Source: an uncultured delta proteobacterium
GTDB lineage: Bacteria > Myxococcota_A > Polyangia > Polyangiales > Polyangiaceae
DNA length: 64,000 bases
Direction of reading: 5' to 3'
Assembly (NCBI GenBank): GCA_963782055.1
Contig: CAWAIF010000003.1
Span: forward strand, 2,752,001-2,816,000
In this document: piece after piece, positions 1 to 10,501 of the stretch
Layout of the letters: every line of letters starts with the position of its first letter
Numbering within the stretch: position 1 is the stretch's first letter
The notes under the pieces: model-generated
What the model was told of the DNA's origin: nothing
Databases searched by the model: none
What the model saw: only the letters and a program-made list of their open reading frames with translations
Program-made: the position numbers and the translations under genes

Positions 1-1
1 G

Positions 2-739
2 CCTCGCACCGCGTCGGCCGAGCCCATGGGCAACGGCGGGGGCGCGCCCCTGGGCCAGGAGTCGCAGCCGCGGGACGTGGAGCGACCGGGCCTGGGCACC
101 GGCTGGGGTGAGACACGCGAGTCGCGCGTCCACGAGGTCGCCTTCCTGCGCGACAGCAACCAGCCCTTCGCGGTCGCCACGCTCCACTACAACAACCTCG
201 CCGGCGTCCGCGCCCTGGCGGCCTTCCACGCCGACCAGGTGGGCCACTGGACGGAGGTCCCCGCCGGCGGCGGCGCCATCACGGTCTCCATCCGTGACGA
301 GAACGGCGACGCGCTCAACGCCCTGAAGGTCAACGACCGCACCTACGTCATCGGCCGCGATGGCCAGCGCTACACCATCACGGTGACCAACCACACCAAC
401 CACCGCTTCGAGACGGTGGCGAGCGTGGACGGCCTGGACGTCATCAACGGCCAGCCCGCCGCGATGGACAACCGCGGCTACCTGCTGATGCCCTTCGCCA
501 CGCTGCAGATCGACGGCTTCCGCCGGAGCCAGGACGCGGTGGCGGCCTTCCGCTTCTCGCACACCAGCGAGTCGTACGCCGCGCAGACGAGCGGCGACCG
601 CAACGTGGGCGTCATCGGCGTGGCGTTCTTCGCCGAGCGCGGCGACTCCTTCACGCCCTGGACCGACGGCGAGCTGCGGGAGCGCGACACCGCGAGCCCC
701 TTCCCGAACGATCCGAGGTTCGCGCAGCCGCCCCGCTGA
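2..739 (+). CDS. Conserved hypothetical protein, 5'-truncated by the window
   Basis: Frame is open from the window edge. Contains the motifs RYTITVTN..RFETVASVDGLDVING and FRF..SYAA...NVGVIGVAFF, which I recognise from a widespread uncharacterised bacterial family. Confidence 0.7.
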   Translation, partial: PRTASAEPMGNGGGAPLGQESQPRDVERPGLGTGWGETRESRVHEVAFLRDSNQPFAVATLHYNNLAGVRALAAFHADQVGHWTEVPAGGGAITVSIRDENGDALNALKVNDRTYVIGRDGQRYTITVTNHTNHRFETVASVDGLDVINGQPAAMDNRGYLLMPFATLQIDGFRRSQDAVAAFRFSHTSESYAAQTSGDRNVGVIGVAFFAERGDSFTPWTDGELRERDTASPFPNDPRFAQPPR

Positions 740-800
740 GACGAGCCGCACGCGGGCGTCGATGGACCTCAGAGGGGCGGCGCGTGCCTCCCCTCCCAGG

Positions 801-2573
801 TCAGTGCGGCGTGGGGGGCACGACCACCGTGTTGATCGGCTTCACGCTCGCGCCGGCCGGGTACGCGTAGCTCGACGCGCTGTCGTAACCCCACACCGTG
901 ATGCCGAAGGGCACGTCGCTCTTCGCCGTGTGGAGGCCGTTGTCGCACTTGCCGACGCCGGACCCCGCCTTCGCCAGATCGACGTGCACGTACTCGTACT
1001 GCCCCGACGTGCCGACGGGCTGCCAGCCGGTGACCTTGCCCACGCAGTCGACCGTCACGTCGTGGAAGGTGTTGTCGCCCGCCTTCTTCCTGGTGATGGC
1101 GATCTCGCTGTAGCCGTACGTCGGGTCGGTGAAGAAGATGTACGACGGCAGGTACTGCGCGGGCGGCACGACGTTCACCGTCTCCGGCCCGCCGACGTTG
1201 TAATAAGTCGACTCGTTGCCCACGGCCACGTACTCGTTCCCCAGCGCCTTGACGGGCGGGATCTGCTGGTGGGCCGAGTCGCAGTCGTAGGCGGGCCGGT
1301 GCGCGGCCAGATAAAACGGATGGTTGGCGTCCTGTGACTGGACGTGGAACGCGCCGGGCCCGGCGAACTCGACGACCTGCCCTTCGTTCAACGTCGCGGG
1401 CGCGCTCGCGTTCGGCGGATCGTAGGTGAGCTTCGTTCCGTCGACCGTGCCGAGGATGCGCCAGTTCGGTGGGTTGGGCTGCACCTCGCAGACGTGCCCG
1501 CCCCACAGCCCCATGGGCAGGTTGGACTGGATGATGCTGCCGGAGAGGTCGTTGCCCTGGCCGTCGGCGTACTGGACGAAGTGGATCGTCTCGCCCTGGT
1601 TGAGCGTGTAGGTCTGGGGCTGCCCCTTCGTCGCCGCGCTGACGCCCGTGCCGGCCGTGATGTCGACGGTGGGCAGGATCGTGATCTTGGTCCCGTTCTG
1701 CGCAGCGACGAGGTTGAGCGTGGTCTGGTGGGTCGCGTCGTCGGACATCGTGGTCGCCACGTAGTTGACGTCCCAGGCGGTCGTCGGCAAGAGGAGCGTC
1801 GCGCTCGAGATGTACGAATGGGCGCCGCCGAACGGGTAGATGTCGTAGACGACGGCCGGCACGCTCGTCTTGATCTCGATCGCGTGGGAGACGGAGGTCG
1901 AGTGGGTGACCATGTCCTCCGTGGTGACCGCGGCCGTCGTGCCCGCGGGGCAGGGCGTGTACTCCGAGAAATTGGAGTCGCCCCCGCCCGGGTAGTCGTT
2001 GAGGAAGACGATGGCCATGCTGTTCGGCGGGATGCCGCTGGAGGGGACCTTCGTGTACTTGACGGAGGAGCCGGAGCCCGATGGCGTGAACGCGTGGTCG
2101 TTGCCGTTGATCGTCTTGCCCTTGTAGACGAGGGTGACGTTCATGTCGGAGGACCAGTTGTTGGTCACGAACGCGGCGAAGCAGCTGCCCGGCGTGCCGT
2201 CGCTGCCCATCGCCTGGTTCCAGCCGTCGGAGGGTATCGAGTAGTAGTCGCAGCCGACGGAGCTCTTGTTCTGCGCGGCGGCGTCGCACGCGGCGATGCA
2301 GCCCCCCTGCCCGCAGCCCGTGTTGCCGGTGCAGGTCTGGACGACGGTCGGATTGTCGCCGCACGTGAGCACCTCGTGCAGGTCCGCCGAGCACTGCACG
2401 CACGTGGGCGCGTCCGAGCTGGCGTCGGGGAATGCGATGTCGACGTCGTCCCCCGTCCCGTCGACCGAGGCGTCGCCGCCGCCGTCGTCGGAGAACCGGT
2501 TGTCGGTGGAGTCGCCGCATCCGACGAGGGCCGCGATGGCGAGAAGAGTGGTGACCAGGGATAGACGCCGCAT
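801..2573 (-). CDS. IgGFc-binding-domain lipoprotein (paralog 1)
   Basis: Lipobox signal MRRLSLVTTLLAIAALVGC; motifs SSVGCDYY, SATLLLPTTAWD, HQQIPP, YIFFTDPTY, SYAYPAG. The 957-aa ORF call over-extends upstream. Confidence 0.85.
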   Translation of the reverse strand: MRRLSLVTTLLAIAALVGCGDSTDNRFSDDGGGDASVDGTGDDVDIAFPDASSDAPTCVQCSADLHEVLTCGDNPTVVQTCTGNTGCGQGGCIAACDAAAQNKSSVGCDYYSIPSDGWNQAMGSDGTPGSCFAAFVTNNWSSDMNVTLVYKGKTINGNDHAFTPSGSGSSVKYTKVPSSGIPPNSMAIVFLNDYPGGGDSNFSEYTPCPAGTTAAVTTEDMVTHSTSVSHAIEIKTSVPAVVYDIYPFGGAHSYISSATLLLPTTAWDVNYVATTMSDDATHQTTLNLVAAQNGTKITILPTVDITAGTGVSAATKGQPQTYTLNQGETIHFVQYADGQGNDLSGSIIQSNLPMGLWGGHVCEVQPNPPNWRILGTVDGTKLTYDPPNASAPATLNEGQVVEFAGPGAFHVQSQDANHPFYLAAHRPAYDCDSAHQQIPPVKALGNEYVAVGNESTYYNVGGPETVNVVPPAQYLPSYIFFTDPTYGYSEIAITRKKAGDNTFHDVTVDCVGKVTGWQPVGTSGQYEYVHVDLAKAGSGVGKCDNGLHTAKSDVPFGITVWGYDSASSYAYPAGASVKPINTVVVPPTPH

Positions 2574-2738
2574 GGGCCTCATCGTGTCATCGCATGAGCC
2601 TCGCCGCACGGATTTTGCGCGTGCTCGACGCGTCGCGCCACGCGCCCGCCGGACCTCCTGGGGCGGCGTTTCCCGGTCGGCAGACCCGACCCGAAGGACG
2701 CGGTCCGGTTGGCCGCCCGTCCTGATATGCTCGCCGCA

Positions 2739-3677
2739 GTGCGCTCGCTCGCCGTGCTCCTCGTCGTCTCCCTGTCCGCCCTCCCACCTCTGCTCGCGTG
2801 CGGCGGCGACGACGCCCAGGGGCAGCCGGACGCCTCCGAAGACGCGACCGCCGACATCACCGGCGATCTGGACGCCGGCGTCGACGAGCCGGACGCTGAC
2901 CTCGGGCCCGAGCCGGTCATCTGGGCCAACAGCACCACCACCCTGTATCGCTTCGACCCCCTCGCGCACGTCCTCTCCAAGGTCGCCGACTTCGACTGCA
3001 ACGGCGAGCCCATGCTCGACATCGCCGTCAACTCGAAGCAGGAGCTGTACGGCGTCACGAGCGAGACCCTGGTCAAGATCGACGAGAAGACGGCCCTCTG
3101 TTACCCGATCGCCAAGGGCAACTACCCGCCGACGCTCGCCTTCTTGCCCGCCGGCACGCTCGACCCCAACGAGGAGGCCCTCGTCGGCTACAAGCTCGCC
3201 CAGTACGTCCGCATCGACCCGCAGACGGGCGCGACCTCCTTCGTCGGCTCGATGAACCCCAACGACGCGGGCGGCTACTACGAGATCTCCGGCGACGTCG
3301 TCTCCATCGCCGGCGGCGACACCTACCTCACCGCGGTCGGCTTCAACCCCACCAACGGCGATGGCCTCACGGTGGTGGATCCCGCCACCGGCAAGCCCAC
3401 CAAGTTCCTCGGCTTCGCCGGCAAGCCGGGGCTCCTCGGCCTCGCGCAGTGGGCGGGCGTCCTGTACGCCTTCAGCGCGGCCGGTCACGTCTACCGCGTC
3501 AAGCTCCCGCCCGATGGCGGGCAGCCGCAGGTGTTCCTCTTCGACCTGGACGCCGGCCTCCCGCCGGACGACGCCTCCGTCCCCCTCGACGCTGCAGTCG
3601 ACGGCGACGCCGCGCCGGAGCCCTTCCGCCCGTCCTTCCACGGCGCCGCCGTCACCACCCGCGCCCCCGCCCATTGA
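2739..3677 (+). CDS. Lipoprotein, probable beta-propeller
   Basis: Signal ending LLAC, acidic DAG linker, then repeated blade-like motifs (LYRFDP, MLDIAV, LVKIDEKT, LTVVDPATG). GTG start lies 7 nt after TATGCT; alternative ATG at 2727. Confidence 0.75.
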   Translation: MRSLAVLLVVSLSALPPLLACGGDDAQGQPDASEDATADITGDLDAGVDEPDADLGPEPVIWANSTTTLYRFDPLAHVLSKVADFDCNGEPMLDIAVNSKQELYGVTSETLVKIDEKTALCYPIAKGNYPPTLAFLPAGTLDPNEEALVGYKLAQYVRIDPQTGATSFVGSMNPNDAGGYYEISGDVVSIAGGDTYLTAVGFNPTNGDGLTVVDPATGKPTKFLGFAGKPGLLGLAQWAGVLYAFSAAGHVYRVKLPPDGGQPQVFLFDLDAGLPPDDASVPLDAAVDGDAAPEPFRPSFHGAAVTTRAPAH

Positions 3678-3713
3678 GGGCGCACGCGACGCTCCGCGAG
3701 CGCGGGCGAGGCG

Positions 3714-4994
3714 TCACTTCAGCCAGACGTTCGCGCCCCAGTGGTGCTCGTGGCCGTTGCCCTTCGAGACAAGCTCGTAGGTCGCGTAGCCGTAGGTGGG
3801 CTTCGCGTTCAGGGTGATCTGCAGGTGCGCCGGCGTGCCGTCGTTGACCGTCGTCGTGTCGAGCTGGAAGGAGAGCACATCCGCCTTGTCGCCGTAGCGC
3901 TTGCTCGTCTCGTTGACGGCCAGCGACCAGTCGCCGGTCTTGCCGTCGGCGAAGGGCTGCAGGTCGATCGTCGCCGTCTCCCCGACGGCCAGATACAGGT
4001 TCTGCTTCCCCGTCCCCGGCGCCACGTTGAAGTACGGGTCGGTCGGCGCCGTCACGCACGGGTCGTGGCCGCCCAGCGCGGAGACGTTGGACCAGCCGCG
4101 CTGCACGTTGTGGCCGCCGGCGTCGGTGCCGTCGAAGCCCCAGGGGTGATCGCAGAGATCGCCCACCTCGTCGCCGTACCACTGCCACGAGGTGTCCTGC
4201 ATGACGTAGCCCCGGTCCTTGCCGGGGTGCGCGTCGGTCGCGGCCTCGATCAGCTCGTGGCTGGCGGCGAAGAAGAGGTAGCTCGTGTAGTTGCAGCGCG
4301 GCTCGACCGCGTACGCGCCCTCCTGCGTGCCGGCGTCGCCGAGGTCGAAGGTGGCGGAGTAGTGGTACGCCCCGTAGTTCTGGCAGCTCTTCGACCCATC
4401 GAAGCTGATGGTCGTCGAGGATGGGAAGTAGAGCATGTAGATGGTCTGATCGTCCGGCGGGGGGAGGTCGCCGCTGGTGATGTGCTTCTGGATGAAGTCC
4501 ACCACCGTCGAGCCCTTGCCGCTGTCGGTGTCGACGAGGCTGGTGGGGGCTGCCTCGTTGAGCACCACGTGCCCGCCGCCGGAGCCCGGGCCGATGCACG
4601 GGCCACCCTGCGGCTGGACGCAGTACTCCGCCGTCGCGTCGGTCCACCACTGCGTCTGCGTGACGCCGTCGTCGAAGTCCTGCACGTTCTTCACGACCGT
4701 CGCGTCGTCGCCAGCGAAGGTGACGGTGATGATCTTGGCGGAGGTGAGCAGCGCGCCGCCCATGTAGTCGACGGTCGCCATGCGCGCGCCGGGCGGGTCC
4801 GGCGCGACGTAGCGGTCCACGCCCACGTCCACCGCCGCGGCCTCGGTGCCGGCGTCGAAGGCGTCCGCCGCGGCGTCGAAGCCGCCGCCCTCCGCAGAGG
4901 CGTCCGGAGTGGAGGCGTCGTCGCCGCTGCCGCACGCCATGAGCAGCGCGGACACGCACACGCCCACGGTCGCCGCCGCCTGAAGCCCGCGCAT
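3714..4994 (-). CDS. Lipoprotein with Phi-1/EXORDIUM-like core
   Basis: Lipobox LLMAC; motifs YMGGALL, YGAYH, ASHELIEAATD, EVGDLC, VQRGWSN. Confidence 0.7.
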   Translation of the reverse strand: MRGLQAAATVGVCVSALLMACGSGDDASTPDASAEGGGFDAAADAFDAGTEAAAVDVGVDRYVAPDPPGARMATVDYMGGALLTSAKIITVTFAGDDATVVKNVQDFDDGVTQTQWWTDATAEYCVQPQGGPCIGPGSGGGHVVLNEAAPTSLVDTDSGKGSTVVDFIQKHITSGDLPPPDDQTIYMLYFPSSTTISFDGSKSCQNYGAYHYSATFDLGDAGTQEGAYAVEPRCNYTSYLFFAASHELIEAATDAHPGKDRGYVMQDTSWQWYGDEVGDLCDHPWGFDGTDAGGHNVQRGWSNVSALGGHDPCVTAPTDPYFNVAPGTGKQNLYLAVGETATIDLQPFADGKTGDWSLAVNETSKRYGDKADVLSFQLDTTTVNDGTPAHLQITLNAKPTYGYATYELVSKGNGHEHHWGANVWLK

Positions 4995-5042
4995 CCCATG
5001 ATTGTCGGTGGGTTGTCGTGCTCGGGCAAGGCGAAACGGCCT

Positions 5043-6509
5043 TCACTCGCGCGCGGTCTGCTCCTCCAGCGTCGCGATGGTGACCTTCGGTCCGGCGAAC
5101 TTGCCCTTCACCAGCGTCACGTAGGTGAGCCCGAGCAGCGCGGCCACGCCGACGACCACCTCTCCGTACACCTGGTTGGGCGGCACGGCGAAGGTGGCGA
5201 CGACGAACGCCGAGTACGCGACCGCGAGCCACGCGATTGGCACCCCCGCGCCGCGCAGGTGGAAGGGGCCGCGCCGCTTCCACCGCCCGCGGGTGCGCGC
5301 GACGGCGCCGAGGGCGATGGGCGTCGCGTACGACACGTACAGCGCGGTCGTCGCGAGCGACGACACCGCGTCGAACACCTGGCCGCTCATCACGCGCGTC
5401 GCCGAGACCAGCGCGCAGGGCAGGAGCGTGGCCGCGCCGATGGCCACCACCGGCGTGCGGAAGCGCGCGCTGACGGTGCGCAGGCGCGACGACCACGGCA
5501 GGCCGCCGTCGCGTGAGAAGGCGTAGAAGGTGCGGGAGGCCGCCGTCACCGAGGACAGCCCGCAGAACCACATCGCCGCGATGGCCAGCCCCATCGCCGC
5601 GCTCCCCGCGTGCGGGCCGAGCGCGCCTCGCAGGATGAAGAGCGCCGGCTCGTCGCTCGCCGCCGTCGCCGGCAGGTCCTTGATGGCCAGCGTGAGCGCG
5701 CACACCAGGGCGTAGCCGGCCACCGCGCTCACCAGCACCGCCGAGAGGATCCCCGCGGGCGCGCGGCGCGCCGGGTCGTGCGTCTCCTCGCTCGCGTGGG
5801 CGGAGGCGTCGAAGCCGGTCATCGTCCACATGCCCAGCGTCATCGCGTTGAGGAAGCCGAAGGCGTACAGGCCATCCTCGCGCGTGGTGAAGCCGGTATG
5901 AGCGAGGAAGCCGACGGGCTGTGCCCGGCCCAGCGCGAAGAGCAGCGCCACGAGGATGACCACGCCGGCGACGTGCACCGTGGCGGACAGGTCGTTCAGG
6001 TAGGCGACGAGCCGCACCGAGATGACGTTGACCCCCGCGTGCGACGCGATGACCGCGAAGAAGAGCACCATGTCCCACGGCGCGCCCAGGCCCAGTGTCG
6101 CCGCGAGGGTCTTGGCGCACCCGAGGTCGATGGCGGCGACGATCGCCACCTGTCCGACCAGGTTCATCGAGGCGACGAACCACCCGGCGCCGGGCCCGCC
6201 CAGCAGCGCCGACCAGTGATAGAGCGCGCCGGCCGTCGGGAAGGCGCTCGCGAGCTCCGCCATCGCCAGCGCGACGAGCAGCGTCCCCGCGCACACCAGC
6301 GGCCAGCCGACGCCCAGGCCCGCCGGCCCGCCTCCGTCCAGCGCCACCTTGTAGGTGGTCACCACGCCCGTCAGGATGCTGATGATGGAGAAGCTGAGGG
6401 CGAAGTTGGAGAAGCCGCCCATCCCGCGCAGCAGCTCCTGCGCGTACCCGAGACGACCCAGAGCGCGCGCGTCGGCCTCGTCCCCCGCCTTCCGGCCGCC
6501 CGTCTCCAA
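5043..6509 (-). CDS. APC-family amino acid permease
   Basis: LGYAQEL.R..GGFSNFA.SFS, AELASAFPTAGALYHW, GFDASAHASEET, YAFSRDGGLP; about 12 hydrophobic segments. TTG start chosen because it lies 7 nt after TATAGT; alternative ATG at 6533. Confidence 0.9.
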   Translation of the reverse strand: METGGRKAGDEADARALGRLGYAQELLRGMGGFSNFALSFSIISILTGVVTTYKVALDGGGPAGLGVGWPLVCAGTLLVALAMAELASAFPTAGALYHWSALLGGPGAGWFVASMNLVGQVAIVAAIDLGCAKTLAATLGLGAPWDMVLFFAVIASHAGVNVISVRLVAYLNDLSATVHVAGVVILVALLFALGRAQPVGFLAHTGFTTREDGLYAFGFLNAMTLGMWTMTGFDASAHASEETHDPARRAPAGILSAVLVSAVAGYALVCALTLAIKDLPATAASDEPALFILRGALGPHAGSAAMGLAIAAMWFCGLSSVTAASRTFYAFSRDGGLPWSSRLRTVSARFRTPVVAIGAATLLPCALVSATRVMSGQVFDAVSSLATTALYVSYATPIALGAVARTRGRWKRRGPFHLRGAGVPIAWLAVAYSAFVVATFAVPPNQVYGEVVVGVAALLGLTYVTLVKGKFAGPKVTIATLEEQTARE

Positions 6510-6577
6510 GGCGGGGACTATACAATCCTGCATCCCGTCTTGACACCCCCTCGCCGTACCGGTGATGTGTCGCGCGG

Positions 6578-8695
<2,118 letters not shown>

Positions 8696-8699
8696 GGCC

Positions 8700-9248
8700 G
8701 TGGTGAGCGCGCCGGACCGTATCGAGGCGCTCGCCCGCGCGGCCACGGGTGCGGGCTGGCAGGTCGAGCGCCGCGATCCCGCGCGACCACTCGACCTGCC
8801 GGAGGAGATCACGAGGCGGTACCCGGTGCTGTCCCGCGGTCAGCAGGAGCTCCTCCGCCGGATCGCGCGCGCCACCAGCGCCGACGAGGCGGTGTGGTTC
8901 GTGTGCGAGGACGACTTCCGCCGCGACGACCCCGAGGGCTTCGCCTGGAACGAGATCGAACGGATGGAGCTGGAGAGCGCCGCCTCCGCGAGCGAGCGGC
9001 GCGCGATCGTTCGCTTCTGGGACCGGCACGTGCCCGTCATGATGGCGCCCGACGGCGACTACGACTACCTGGCCATCGCCCTCGACAGCGGGGCGGTGGT
9101 GCACGGGTGCGCCCCCGACTGGGAGGACGTCGTCGTCGTCGCCGGCGCCCTCGACGACTGGCTCGCCATGCTCTCCCGGGCGCTGCGCGATCCGCGGCCC
9201 CGCCGGGGGGATCCGCTCGCCCTCCGGCTGATGGCTCGCCGTGGCTGA
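8700..9248 (+). CDS. SMI1/KNR4-family protein
   Basis: FAWNEIERMELE..FWDRHVPVMM..DGDYDYLAI..GAVVHG..V.VVA..LDDWL, resembling the SMI1/KNR4 C-terminal pattern. Confidence 0.65.
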   Translation: MVSAPDRIEALARAATGAGWQVERRDPARPLDLPEEITRRYPVLSRGQQELLRRIARATSADEAVWFVCEDDFRRDDPEGFAWNEIERMELESAASASERRAIVRFWDRHVPVMMAPDGDYDYLAIALDSGAVVHGCAPDWEDVVVVAGALDDWLAMLSRALRDPRPRRGDPLALRLMARRG

Positions 9249-9283
9249 TTGTTTGGGACGCGCGGGCGGGCAGGCCGGAGTCG

Positions 9284-9730
9284 CTACGCGCGGCCGAAGA
9301 GGGCCTTCACGCTCGGGCGCTGGAGCACCATGATCGTCCAGATGCCCAGGCCGGTCCCCAGCGGCACGCTCAGGCACGCGAAGCACGACATGGCGAAGGC
9401 GAGGCCGTAGCGCGTCCGCTTCTTCAGGCCCGCGGCCGCGAGCAGGTGCAGGATGAAGAGCGGGATGAAGGCGATGCCCATGACGATGCCCACCACGCCC
9501 ATCACGCCGGCCGCCATCGCCTGGTTCTCCGCGGCGTGCGGAGGCGCGTGCGACCCCGTCGGCGCGTTCGCGACGAACGCCGCGATCATGATGAAGTACC
9601 CGGTGAGGCCGATCCCCGAGCAGCCCAGCATGGCCGACCAGACGTAGTGCAGGATGCTCAGCAGGTTGAGGTCGCTCTCGTCCTTGGCACGCGTGGCCGC
9701 CGGGTCCGGCTGGTACGGGTATGCGTTCAT
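9284..9730 (-). CDS. Small membrane protein (3-4 TM)
   Basis: LNLLSILHYV ... CLSVPLGTGLGIWTIMVLQRPSVKALF. ATG lies 6 nt after TATGCT. Confidence 0.75.
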   Translation of the reverse strand: MNAYPYQPDPAATRAKDESDLNLLSILHYVWSAMLGCSGIGLTGYFIMIAAFVANAPTGSHAPPHAAENQAMAAGVMGVVGIVMGIAFIPLFILHLLAAAGLKKRTRYGLAFAMSCFACLSVPLGTGLGIWTIMVLQRPSVKALFGRA

Positions 9731-9807
9731 GGCTGGAGCATACAGCGACTCCGGCGAGTCACGACAAACTCGTGGCCCCCGCCCTCGCGCGACCGGAGAG
9801 GCCGCCG

Positions 9808-10167
9808 TCAGCCGTGCCGCCGGTCGAACCGCATCGTGGTCATCGGGATGCCGATGGTCGCGAGGAAGAAGACGCTGGCGCCGACGATCCAGTTGTTCCA
9901 CGACGCGGCGGACGAGAGCGACGCGAAGTGCAATGCCCACGGCGAGACGAACGCCCAGCCGCCGAGCAGGACGGTCACGCCGTCGGCGGCGCGCATCCTG
10001 GGTCGAGCGAGGCCCCAGAGGGCCAGAAGGACGATCACGCTGCCGAGGATCCAGGCGTTCACCGCGGCGGCCGTGCTGCTCGCGTAGCCCAGGACCCACG
10101 TCGAGATGAACAACCAAGCGCCGAGGCCGACGTTGGCCCAGTCTTCCCATCGAGTCCACGGCTTCAT
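9808..10167 (-). CDS. SPW-repeat membrane protein
   Basis: Two repeats, WEDWANVGLGAWLFISTWVLGY and LLGGWAFVSPWALHF; AGGAG SD upstream. Confidence 0.88.
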   Translation of the reverse strand: MKPWTRWEDWANVGLGAWLFISTWVLGYASSTAAAVNAWILGSVIVLLALWGLARPRMRAADGVTVLLGGWAFVSPWALHFASLSSAASWNNWIVGASVFFLATIGIPMTTMRFDRRHG

Positions 10168-10228
10168 GATTTGTCTCCTGATGCGTGCCGGCGCGCGGAC
10201 GTGCCGGCGAGGTTTACGACGACCTCGA

Positions 10229-10244
10229 AGCATCGCGCGTGCCG
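10229..10244 (-). promoter_or_regulatory. Putative sigma-54 -24/-12 promoter for the SPW gene
   Basis: CGGCACG-CGCG-ATGCT (GG-N10-GC), about 60 nt upstream of the ATG. Confidence 0.5.
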
Positions 10245-10501
10245 CGCCTGCCTCGAGCGTCTCGCCCGTCTGCGGTAGGCCCACATCGGAACGACGGCCT
10301 CGGAAGAGCTGACGCCGCGCGCGCAGCACCTGGCACGGGCACGCAACCCGTTCGCGCCCGCGCGGCATGCTCGACCTCGGCAGCGCGGGGACTGGGGCTC
10401 GAAGGCCATGCGCTCGGCGCTCGGCTTCCGGTGCATCGACGACCACGTCGAGCCAGCCGTTCCGTGCCACCCACCGAGCCGTTCGGGGATATCGTCTGCA
10501 C

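Noticed and set aside
10330..10470. Additional sigma-54 sites (TGGCACGGGCACGCA on +, TGGCACGGAACGGCT on -)
   Set aside because: GG-to-GC spacing is 9 nt rather than the required 10.
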